Shown here: positions 10,412 to 19,243 of the stretch, in pieces
Layout: each line of letters begins with the position of its first letter
How positions within the stretch are numbered: position 1 is the stretch's first letter
Source of the DNA: an uncultured archaeon
GTDB lineage: Archaea > Asgardarchaeota > Lokiarchaeia > Sigyniarchaeales > SOKP01
Reading direction: 5' to 3'
DNA length: 30,156 nt
Assembly (NCBI GenBank): GCA_964583985.1
Contig: CAZOYD010000044.1
Location: 1 to 30,156, forward strand
The notes under the pieces: model-generated
What the model saw: only the letters and a program-made list of their open reading frames with translations
Told to the model about the DNA's origin: nothing
Database searches by the model: none
Program-made: the position numbers and the translations under genes

Positions 10412-11572
10412 ATGAATAGTTTTGAGCGCATTTGGACAGCAATTAACTTAGAGAAACCCGATAGAGTTCCCACTCACACAATAAATATCGATGGAAATGT
10501 GGCGGATCAAATATTGGGTAAACCTGAAAGAACTGCATATGACATTTTTGATGAATTACAAGAAAAACATCCTGATGATTGGGTTGATAAAATAAATGAA
10601 ATACTAGATGATATTGAAATTTCAGTCTTCGCAAAATGCCTAAGAGCTGGCCATGCATTAGGATTTGATGGTGTAGGAATTCAGTACATCCCATTTATTT
10701 TTGAAAGTTTAGAAGAAATGACGGATATTTTTGGTAAAAGGCATAAAGTTAGAAATATCGATGGAAATCCTTATCCTGATTATTATGGGGGATATATAAA
10801 GAATAGAGAAGATTGGGAAGCATATCCTAAACCAGATCTAAAAGAAGAATATCGAAAAGCAAAGAAATTCTATAAGGGCGTACTAAGAAAATGCCGTGAT
10901 ATTAAGGATGATATTTGCATTTTTGCTCAAAATGCTCTGACTTCGATCTTCCCGCCCGTGTGGCAGGGAATGGGCATGTCCTATTTTGCTCGTGCTTTAA
11001 AAAATGATCCTAAATTAATTGAAGAGAGATTTAGATTTACAACTGATTATGTTTTGACCGTTTTTAAAGCATATTCAGATTGTGGCGCGAAAATATTTCT
11101 TGAAGGTGGTGATATTGCACATAAAGGCGGTCCAATGATTAATCCTAAATATTTCGATAAATATCTCTTACCTCGTTATCAAGAAGTATCGGATGCAATT
11201 CATGGTTGGGGTGGAAAGTATATCTTGCATACGGATGGAGATGTTACGGATCTTTTGGATTTTATTGTAAATTCCAGATTTGACGGTCTTCAATGCTTGG
11301 AACTACCTTGGGTAGATCCTCATCTAATAAAAAAGAGAGTAGGAGACAAATTATGCCTTTCTGGAAATATTGACACGAGACATGTGCTAGTAAAAGGAAC
11401 TAAAGATGAGGTGGAGAAGGCCGTGAAAGATGCAATTTCCGCATTAGGAAAGGATGGTGGGTTCATGTTAAGTCCTTCCAATTTCCATCCAAGCATGTCA
11501 GTTGAGAGATTGAGATGGATGATTGAAGCCGGAAAAAAATATGGGACTTATCCCTTGAAAATTGATTTATAA
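10412..11572 (+). CDS. Uroporphyrinogen decarboxylase / MtaA-CmuA methyltransferase family protein
   Basis: 'PDRVP', 'GDIA...GPMINP', 'ILHTDG', 'LSGNID', 'GGFMLSPSN'. Confidence 0.88.
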   Translation: MNSFERIWTAINLEKPDRVPTHTINIDGNVADQILGKPERTAYDIFDELQEKHPDDWVDKINEILDDIEISVFAKCLRAGHALGFDGVGIQYIPFIFESLEEMTDIFGKRHKVRNIDGNPYPDYYGGYIKNREDWEAYPKPDLKEEYRKAKKFYKGVLRKCRDIKDDICIFAQNALTSIFPPVWQGMGMSYFARALKNDPKLIEERFRFTTDYVLTVFKAYSDCGAKIFLEGGDIAHKGGPMINPKYFDKYLLPRYQEVSDAIHGWGGKYILHTDGDVTDLLDFIVNSRFDGLQCLELPWVDPHLIKKRVGDKLCLSGNIDTRHVLVKGTKDEVEKAVKDAISALGKDGGFMLSPSNFHPSMSVERLRWMIEAGKKYGTYPLKIDL

Positions 11573-11588
11573 ATTAAGATAAAGGAGA

Positions 11589-12071
11589 TTGATTTTGAAA
11601 GACTTAAGCCAAGAAGTTAAAAAGATCATTAAATCTAACATGTGGATGGTAATTTCAACAGTTGATGAAAAAAACCAACCCCATTCATCGGTGGTCGTGT
11701 ATCAAAGTGATGGAGACATTCTTATTTTTCAAACGGGAATTGATACCATAAAAGCAAAGTCCATCAAAAGCAACAACAACGTATCAATAACAATCCCATT
11801 TAGGAAGAATTTCTTGCATAAACTCATTCCAGCACCTCCTGCAGAACTTCATTTCACGGCAAAAGCAGAATTAATTCCTTTTGAAAATGAAGAAGCAAGG
11901 AAAATATTTGCTAAATTTTTAAAACATTCAGAGAATGTTGAAAATCCTCAAGAAAGCACGTGGGTGAAGATTACACCCTCTAATACGATTTCTACGTATG
12001 GAGTTGGAATTAAGCTTCTTGATATGAGAAAACCGAACAAGGCAAGGAATCTTGTTAGATTAAACGAGTGA
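11589..12071 (+). CDS. Pyridoxamine 5'-phosphate oxidase-like flavin-binding protein
   Basis: 'VISTVDEKNQPHSSVV', 'KAKSIKSNNNVSI'. AGGAG RBS precedes TTG (11589 or 11595). Confidence 0.8.
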   Translation: MILKDLSQEVKKIIKSNMWMVISTVDEKNQPHSSVVVYQSDGDILIFQTGIDTIKAKSIKSNNNVSITIPFRKNFLHKLIPAPPAELHFTAKAELIPFENEEARKIFAKFLKHSENVENPQESTWVKITPSNTISTYGVGIKLLDMRKPNKARNLVRLNE

Positions 12072-12167
12072 TTTCAAAATAATTTACATTATAAACACAT
12101 CTTTAAATTAATGCTCTATCTTTATTATTTATAGATTGAATATATAAACCACATCCGGAGATTTAAA

Positions 12168-13364
12168 ATGCCTAAAGATTTAAAGGATCTTATTGAAAAG
12201 GTTGAAGAAGAACAAGAATCTAGGGCTTATTTGGAGAAAACCATCGAAAGCTTGAAAGCAGAAGTTGCTTCTTTAAAAAATAAATTGGAAGATCAAAAAC
12301 CATCATTTAAAATCGAACCTGTTAGACACGTCGAGGAACATGACGAATCTGAGGAAATTTCTATTCTAAAAAATTTGATTAATTCATTACGAAAAGAACT
12401 AGAACAAAAAGGTATCGAAAATAAAGAACTACAAAAACAATTAGAAGAGCTTAAAACTGAGTTTGTAAAAGTAAGGAATGAATTATTTGATTCAGGAAAG
12501 GATGAGATTATTATTAAAACCCAAAATTCATTGAATACTCTCCTTCAAGATTATGGAAGGTTAGAAAATGATAATAAAAACCTCAATAAAAAAATCTCGA
12601 GTTTGCAACAAGAAATTGAGCAGTATACTCTATTATCATCTGGTCTTCAGTCTGAAAGTTCCAACAAGGAGCAGTTAGAAAAGCAAGTTGGTAATTTTAA
12701 AGCTAAAATTTATGAATTAGAATCTAATAATCAATCACTCATTAGAGAACTTAAAAATCTACAATCTCAAGGAAATTCAAATAATCTCGAACAAATGATT
12801 GAGAAAGTAAAATCTAATAATCTTGAATTAGAGAAAGAAAACAAGATTTTAACCCAAAAATTAGAAGATCTAAAAAGAGAAAAGTTTAAAATGCAAAAAT
12901 ATGAATCTGAAATCTCCGATTTAAGAGCCCAAATCGAGCAACTGAAAAATGCCAATAAAAATTTAAAGGATAAGGATTCTATTTTACTTGCTAAAACAAT
13001 TAATGCTTTTAGTACTCAAGATCGAAAAGAATTAAGCATCCCTACACATGTGGAATCGCAAACTTCCATAAAATCAGGACCAATTCCTATTATGGAAGAA
13101 AATAATTTCATAGAAATGGGACTCCCTCATGAACACCAAGAGGTAGATACGCTGCAGTCAATGAATATCACAGAACGTGAGGAAATAGAAAGAATTCCTG
13201 AGATGACTGAAGATGGAGCTGTCACTCGAAAATGGCAATGTCCTAATTGCGGAAATACCAATAAATCTCAAATTCGAGAAAAAGATGATAAAACTCGAAT
13301 GATCTTTCCAGGTTTTTATACGAAGATATATATCTGCGGACAATGCGGAAAGGAATGGAGATAA
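12168..13364 (+). CDS. Long coiled-coil protein with C-terminal C4 zinc ribbon
   Basis: About 270 aa of E/K/L/Q heptads, an acidic linker, then CPNC-x28-CGQC-GKEWR. GGAG RBS upstream. Confidence 0.85.
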   Translation: MPKDLKDLIEKVEEEQESRAYLEKTIESLKAEVASLKNKLEDQKPSFKIEPVRHVEEHDESEEISILKNLINSLRKELEQKGIENKELQKQLEELKTEFVKVRNELFDSGKDEIIIKTQNSLNTLLQDYGRLENDNKNLNKKISSLQQEIEQYTLLSSGLQSESSNKEQLEKQVGNFKAKIYELESNNQSLIRELKNLQSQGNSNNLEQMIEKVKSNNLELEKENKILTQKLEDLKREKFKMQKYESEISDLRAQIEQLKNANKNLKDKDSILLAKTINAFSTQDRKELSIPTHVESQTSIKSGPIPIMEENNFIEMGLPHEHQEVDTLQSMNITEREEIERIPEMTEDGAVTRKWQCPNCGNTNKSQIREKDDKTRMIFPGFYTKIYICGQCGKEWR

Positions 13365-13402
13365 ATATAAAAATATGGAGTATTTTTTCTTAAATATAAA
13401 TA

Positions 13403-13876
13403 ATGCCATATTCGATTCCCTTTAATCGTACACCAATTAATCCCATTTCTAAATTTGCTGAAGTCAAACCCAGCACAATTCATGGTTCAGGTCTGTTTGC
13501 TAAGATATTTATTCCCAAAGGTACAATTTGGTGGCATGCGAGACCTCAAGATGTATTAATAATAAGTAAGGAACAATTCCAGACAATAAGCTCGTCTTAC
13601 AAAAATACGTTATTGGATAGTTATTTCAGAGCACTCCTTATTTATTCGTATTATGAAAGAGATTTGGGTGCTTTGATTTTCTGCTTGGATGATTCTAAAT
13701 TCGTTAACCATTCCGCAGAAGCTAATTCAGGAGCTACTGAAGATGAAAACGGATTTTGTTCGATCGCTCTGAAAGATATACAACCTGGAGAAGAAATTAC
13801 AGAAGATTACTCTAAATATACATTTTGTGAATGGTTACAAGAATATAGAGATTATTTTGATCCGTGTTGTTGGTGA
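13403..13876 (+). CDS. SET-domain protein (putative lysine methyltransferase)
   Basis: SET motif I 'IHGSGLFA', 'KFVNHS', and 'ALKDIQPGEEITEDY'. Confidence 0.9.
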   Translation: MPYSIPFNRTPINPISKFAEVKPSTIHGSGLFAKIFIPKGTIWWHARPQDVLIISKEQFQTISSSYKNTLLDSYFRALLIYSYYERDLGALIFCLDDSKFVNHSAEANSGATEDENGFCSIALKDIQPGEEITEDYSKYTFCEWLQEYRDYFDPCCW

Positions 13877-13890
13877 TAAGTTTAAGCAAT

Positions 13891-14652
13891 TTAATTTATG
13901 AATACCCCATCTAAAATTTGGTATATCTTGTCCGTCCTATCCGCTATATTAAAATCGTGAGTGACTATAATAATGGATTGCTCCTCCAATTCATTAATTG
14001 ATTTGAGATAATTAATGACTTTATCTCCAGTAGTCGTGTCAAGATCTCTCGTCGGTTCATCAGTCAGGAAAATACTCGGTCGATTGACGAGTGCTCTTGC
14101 TATAGCGACGCGTTGTTGCTGTCCTCCCGATAATTGGCTAGGTCTATGGTTCAAGTGTTTTTCTAATCCAACTTTATGTATTAGATCTAGAACTCTTTCT
14201 TTTCTCTCATTTTTTTTCATACCTACAGAAATTAATGGAAGTTCAATATTTTCACAACAAGTTAATACAGGAATTTGATTAAAAAAAATTGAAAAAATGC
14301 TAAATTTTGAATTACCAATAGCTCTTAGAAGTCCTAGCTCATAAATTTGGTCTTCCTTAGATATTTCCATGAGATTTTTAATGATTAGAACGCAAATAAT
14401 AAGAGATATTGCTGAGAAAACCATTAATATTCCTCTGAATAAATAAATCCAGTGATTTATATTTCCATATAAGGAAGGATCAATATGTTGCTGCAATGAA
14501 TAATCTAACGGATCAGTTGCTATATTTACTGAAAAAAAAATTCCAACCCCGAGGATAATTGAAATTTTCGTAAAAATATTGCGAATGGGTCTTTTTAGAA
14601 TAGTTTTATATGCAATTTTGATTTCAATAATCCGATTTGAAACCAGTCTCAT
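13891..14652 (-). pseudogene. Deletion chimera: FtsX/MacB-type permease N-terminal part fused in frame to the C-terminal half of a LolD-type ABC ATPase
   Basis: Permease motif 'ELGLLRAIG' runs directly into 'IPVLTCCENIELP...LSGGQQQRVAIARAL...LTDEPTRDLD...VTHD'. No Walker A. Confidence 0.75.
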
Positions 14653-14823
14653 GATTCGCTACAAAATGCACATTCAGATTATTATCAATATACCATTCTA
14701 TTAATTTAAGATTATATGATAAAAATTGCTTAATTCCGATTATCAAAGAGATTTACTTTAGTTTAAGTATATTATAAGACAGGAATATTGGTCCACACAT
14801 TATTTAAATAGCACCTAAAATTA

Positions 14824-15642
14824 ATGATTCTCATGTCATTAAAAGAAGAAATTAGTAGCATGGTTTTTTCTGGTAGTTCCACAATTTCAGATTTAATAAC
14901 GGAAAAAGCAATTATTACATCGGGAAGTTGCACTCTTCAAGGTAACCTTGAATGTAATGGTTTTCAGTCGTCTGGTGCGATGCATGGTAGAGGAACAATT
15001 ATAACTCATAAGAATTTTGCAAGTTCGGGAGCTTTAAATTTAGAAGGGGCAATTGAATGTGATAAAAACGCTAAATTTAGTGGCTCAGCAAATATTTATG
15101 GGAATATTATAATTAAAAGGACTTTCATTAATTCAGGCGTTTTGAATCTTTCTGGACCCTTAAAAGTTGGTTTAGAAGCACTTTCCAGTGGGCATACAAA
15201 ATGTGATAATCTCTTGGTTAACGGGCTATTGAGCGTATCAGGAAGTGTAAATGCACTTGAAATAAAAGCAGGAGATGGTATTAAATCATCTGGATCGCTT
15301 TCGGTGATGAAAGATATAGATTCTTCAAAATTTATCGACATCACTGGGAAACTAAAGGTAGGAGAGAATATTTATGGAGATACCGTTCTAATCGATTATG
15401 GTCGAAAAGAACGGATCTTGAAGTTTATTAAATTTAATTACATAGTAAATGGGAATATAAATGCCAAGAATTTAGTAAGTATTGACAGAACGTTAGTAAA
15501 AGGCGATATTAGAGGTCGTAGCATAATCATTGAGAAAAATTCACAAGTGAAAGGGAATATTTATTATGTTGATGATTATATCATTCACGACAAAGCAAAA
15601 ATAACAAAACCTCCCATTCAAATTAAATTTGAGGATTTATAA
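14824..15642 (+). CDS. Polymer-forming cytoskeletal (bactofilin-like, YhbE/YhbF type) beta-helix protein
   Basis: Repeats of about 17-18 aa, each with an SG turn (SGSCTLQGNLEC, SSGALNLEGAIEC, SGSANIYGNIII), ending 'VKGDIRGRSIIIEKNSQVKGNIYY'. Confidence 0.75.
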   Translation: MILMSLKEEISSMVFSGSSTISDLITEKAIITSGSCTLQGNLECNGFQSSGAMHGRGTIITHKNFASSGALNLEGAIECDKNAKFSGSANIYGNIIIKRTFINSGVLNLSGPLKVGLEALSSGHTKCDNLLVNGLLSVSGSVNALEIKAGDGIKSSGSLSVMKDIDSSKFIDITGKLKVGENIYGDTVLIDYGRKERILKFIKFNYIVNGNINAKNLVSIDRTLVKGDIRGRSIIIEKNSQVKGNIYYVDDYIIHDKAKITKPPIQIKFEDL

Positions 15643-15671
15643 ATTTCCCTTTTTGTTGAGATAAATAATTT

Positions 15672-16649
15672 TCACTTTTTGAATATTTTAGCTATAATTT
15701 GTTTAGCATTATCGTGATATTGGATCTCATAAGGAGGTAAGCTTAATTTCCTGAATAGTGTTCTTATGAAATTTTCAAGTTCAATCCCTAATCCCAAATT
15801 ACCTTCTATATAGTTTTCAATGTATTTCTCGACGTTCTTAATGAGTATATCCTTATCATACTCGTCGTAAACCTTTATTAAACCGAGTTGATCTAATTCA
15901 AGATCTTTTAATCTATTATAGATCAATTCAAACATTAACTTCAAAAATGCCTTCCTTATAATATCTTCATCCCTCTTACTTAACTCATAATTGTTATTTA
16001 ATGAATCTGACCTAAATTTTTCAATTTTTACCATTGTTTCCTTAAGTTCATCTGACAAATTTAAAGTCTCAATTTTATCCTCTAAGCCTTGCGTACTAGT
16101 CAATTCATTTAATTTATTGTAGTAATTATCAAAATTATAGCAAAATCGAATCAAAAACTTGAATGAATCAATTGAAAAATCTGAGACCCATTTTTTATAT
16201 AATTTTCCCCACTTGAATAGATTTAAACCTTCTAATGCGTCAAGTATTTTAATCTGAACAATATCCAAGTATTTTTTATTGAGTGTAGCTAATTCATTAA
16301 TGGGTTGTTTAATTGATTCAAATTCGTATTTAAACCACTTGTCATTCTCTTTAAACTCTTTTAAATGAAATCTTGAACTATCACCATTTAAAAATCTTTT
16401 TTTCCCTAGTTCTGCTGCAAATCTTAATATATAAAAACATTTTGGGCAAGTAGTTATCCAAGATTTTCTAACCACGTATTTTGGTTTGAGATATCCTTTA
16501 CTACTTTTCTGCTTCATAATCTTGAAGCTATGATGGTTATTTTCTATTACGTAATCAATTTTTTCTAAGTGATAATATGCCGGAATAAATTTATGGTTAC
16601 AAACTGGGCATTTAATTTTACTAGCAGATTTATAAACAGAGGAATCCAT
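15672..16649 (-). CDS. Hypothetical protein with widely spaced N-terminal CxxC pairs and a helical C-terminus
   Basis: CPVC ... CPKC about 50 aa apart. The track's GTG at 16658 lies within an AAGGTG RBS, so ATG 16649 is the likelier start. Confidence 0.7.
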   Translation of the reverse strand: MDSSVYKSASKIKCPVCNHKFIPAYYHLEKIDYVIENNHHSFKIMKQKSSKGYLKPKYVVRKSWITTCPKCFYILRFAAELGKKRFLNGDSSRFHLKEFKENDKWFKYEFESIKQPINELATLNKKYLDIVQIKILDALEGLNLFKWGKLYKKWVSDFSIDSFKFLIRFCYNFDNYYNKLNELTSTQGLEDKIETLNLSDELKETMVKIEKFRSDSLNNNYELSKRDEDIIRKAFLKLMFELIYNRLKDLELDQLGLIKVYDEYDKDILIKNVEKYIENYIEGNLGLGIELENFIRTLFRKLSLPPYEIQYHDNAKQIIAKIFKK

Positions 16650-16822
16650 TAAAAACACCTTTTAATTATTTACAAGAATTCCTAAAGTTTTGAATTATTA
16701 AAGAATTCGTATTATGAAAAAAAAAGGCGAATCTCTGCTTTTATTATTATTAAAAAGGTATTTGATAAGATAACAGATAATCTTTTAATCAATAAGGAAT
16801 GAAAAACAATAAGAAATGAAAG

Positions 16823-17452
16823 TTACTTCAAGTTTAAAATAAATTTACAGTCTGGATATCCAGTACAACCTAAAAATTTTCCAAATTTCCCCTCCTTAAC
16901 ACTCAAAGGATAACCGCATTCAGGACATAATAATGCAGCTTGATCTGCTCGATCAGGATTAAATCCAAATCGGCACTCGGGATAATTTTGGCATCCGAGA
17001 AACACTCCAAATTTTCCAGTTCTTTTTCGCAAACTTCCACCACATTCGGGGCATTTTATCGTTTTTTCCATTTTAACTTCAAGTTTAAATTTACAATCTT
17101 TATCACCAGTACATCGTAAGAATGTCCCTGTTTCATCACTCATTAATTCTAATTTTTCTCCACATTCGGGACAAAAAATATCTCGCTTGTCCTTTGATAC
17201 AGGATTATATAAAAAAGTACAATCTGGATATCCCGTGCATCCAAGGAAACGTCCCATTTTTCCTCCTTTCCATTTTAATTCTTTTCCACAATCTGGACAC
17301 TTTAATTTAGTTGGAGGGCTTAAATCAAATATAAATCGGCATTCTGGAAACTTAGTACATCCTAAAAATTTTCCATATTTTCCCTCCCTCTCCGCTAAAG
17401 GACTGCCACAATTTGGACATTTACTTGGAATATTATGATTTGCTTCATTCAT
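16823..17452 (-). CDS. Stand-alone topoisomerase DNA-binding C4 zinc-finger protein (five repeats, YrdD-like)
   Basis: Five repeats of the CPxCG..L....GK.G.FLGC..YP.C.F type, with the third divergent. Start placed at ATG 17452. Confidence 0.9.
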   Translation of the reverse strand: MNEANHNIPSKCPNCGSPLAEREGKYGKFLGCTKFPECRFIFDLSPPTKLKCPDCGKELKWKGGKMGRFLGCTGYPDCTFLYNPVSKDKRDIFCPECGEKLELMSDETGTFLRCTGDKDCKFKLEVKMEKTIKCPECGGSLRKRTGKFGVFLGCQNYPECRFGFNPDRADQAALLCPECGYPLSVKEGKFGKFLGCTGYPDCKFILNLK

Positions 17453-17495
17453 AAATTTCACTTAATCATTCTTTTATTACTAAGTATCATTTTTT

Positions 17496-18431
17496 TTATT
17501 TCAATTTAAATGATTCCATGCGTTTTATTAGCAGTGAAATACCTACTTCAATCATATCACGGATTTTGTTTTCAATTCCAAACATTAAATAATGAAGACC
17601 CATATGGTTGTAGAAGAATTCCATTCTCTCCTTGAGATCACAGTAATTATGAATTTTATAATTTTTAAATAATTGGTCCATAAATTCTTTACCTTCATCA
17701 TAGAAAAGTAAATCTATTACGGGATCATACACTTTTGTCTGTTCAAAATCAATAATGCCTGTTATTTGATAATTAGATGGGTTTACTAGTATATTACTTG
17801 AGTCAAAATCGCAATGTGCTATGCATGGATTGAAATTAAAATTCTCTTCATTATTTAAGAATGTTTCAAAGAGCTCATTGACCCATTTCTTTTGCTCTGC
17901 AGATAAAATTGGAATCACATTTTTTCTAACTTTATAATACCACTCTTTCCAGTGTTTTTTGTAAGTTTTCATAGAGAACTTAATTTCGGGAAAAATCTCT
18001 GATAATAGATTTTGTGAGTGAAGTTGATTAAGAAATCGACTAATTTGAGTTGTTATTTGACCTGTTTTTCTTCTGGAAATACTTTCAATACACTGAGAAA
18101 GAGAAATTCCCCTAATTTTCCTATAATCCAAATATAATTTTTCATTTTCATTGGATACAAAAATTTGTTCAGGAATTTCAAGATCAATATGATTTTTTAA
18201 TAAATTAAGAATTCTATTCTCATTTTTTATCATTTCTTTTCCTTTTTCATTTTGAAAATGTTTATCAAGAAATCTGAAAATGAATTCATCTCTCACATTA
18301 AAAACATTATAAGATCCGTGGTAGAGAAATGATACTTCTGAATTATCAAGGGTGGGAAACTTTTTTTTCAAGATATTAATAACTTCATTTAAGTCAATAT
18401 CTGGTGGATTATTTTCCTCGTAATATGTCAT
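17496..18431 (-). CDS. Aminoglycoside/choline phosphotransferase (APH) family kinase
   Basis: 'FIFRF', 'FLNQLHS', Brenner motif 'HCDFDSSNIL', 'GIIDFE'. Confidence 0.85.
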   Translation of the reverse strand: MTYYEENNPPDIDLNEVINILKKKFPTLDNSEVSFLYHGSYNVFNVRDEFIFRFLDKHFQNEKGKEMIKNENRILNLLKNHIDLEIPEQIFVSNENEKLYLDYRKIRGISLSQCIESISRRKTGQITTQISRFLNQLHSQNLLSEIFPEIKFSMKTYKKHWKEWYYKVRKNVIPILSAEQKKWVNELFETFLNNEENFNFNPCIAHCDFDSSNILVNPSNYQITGIIDFEQTKVYDPVIDLLFYDEGKEFMDQLFKNYKIHNYCDLKERMEFFYNHMGLHYLMFGIENKIRDMIEVGISLLIKRMESFKLK

Positions 18432-18504
18432 TGCTCGAATTAGAATCTTATAATGATATAGTATAAATTAACTTTATTAACTCTTTTAATTTTATTCTTA
18501 TAGG

Positions 18505-19224
18505 ATGGATGTTGAAAGCCTCTGGCAAAATTCTGATTGGACTCTCAGAGCACGAGAAGTATTAAATGCAATCGAACAATTTCCAAAAAATTCCAAATTA
18601 ATCTTGGTCTTAAGACACTCTCATAGGAACGAGCCTAAAGGCGAGGAAAAGCTCTATAAATTGGCTCTTACAGACCTAGGTCATGCCATGGCTAAAAGAT
18701 TTGGAGAAGGATTACCTCAAGAGAGACCCATACGTTTGTTTCATAGCGTAGTGGAGCGCTGTCAGGAGACGGCAGAAGATATTTTAGAGGGTTTTGAAAG
18801 AAAGTCAGGCAGAGGAATAATCAAGGGAGTTATAGAGCCACTCTTCTATGCTGGTACGGCTCCTAACTACTTTATAGAAGTTTTCAAGAATGATTCTCCA
18901 CTTCGATTCTTATATCGATGGGCAGCAGGCCATTTTTCTCCCAAAAATATCATGTCATTTCAAAAATATTCTGAACATGCTGCTAATATAATTTGGAATG
19001 GTCTCAAGAACGCCCCTGAAAGTAGTATTGACATTCATGTTACACATGACATCTTTCTAATCGCCTTACGCTATGGATGGTTTGGACTCCCTCCTAAGGA
19101 AGAGTGGGTACCATTCCTTGGAGGGTTTGCTTTTATAGTACATGATGAAAAGATAAAATTATTTGACAACAATGAATTTATAGAAATGGACACTCCCTAC
19201 TGGTGGAAAAATATAAATAAATGA
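18505..19224 (+). CDS. Histidine phosphatase superfamily protein
   Basis: 'LVLRHSHR', 'LTDLG', 'ERCQETA', 'HVTHD'. Confidence 0.85.
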   Translation: MDVESLWQNSDWTLRAREVLNAIEQFPKNSKLILVLRHSHRNEPKGEEKLYKLALTDLGHAMAKRFGEGLPQERPIRLFHSVVERCQETAEDILEGFERKSGRGIIKGVIEPLFYAGTAPNYFIEVFKNDSPLRFLYRWAAGHFSPKNIMSFQKYSEHAANIIWNGLKNAPESSIDIHVTHDIFLIALRYGWFGLPPKEEWVPFLGGFAFIVHDEKIKLFDNNEFIEMDTPYWWKNINK

Positions 19225-19243
19225 AAAAAGAAAGGAGAGAACT

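Noticed and set aside
12168-13364. Calling the coiled-coil protein SMC/Rad50
   Set aside because: No Walker A/B, signature motif or hinge; the similarity would be compositional only.
17496-18431. Antibiotic-resistance assignment for the APH-family gene
   Set aside because: The family fold alone does not define the substrate, and there is no mobile context.
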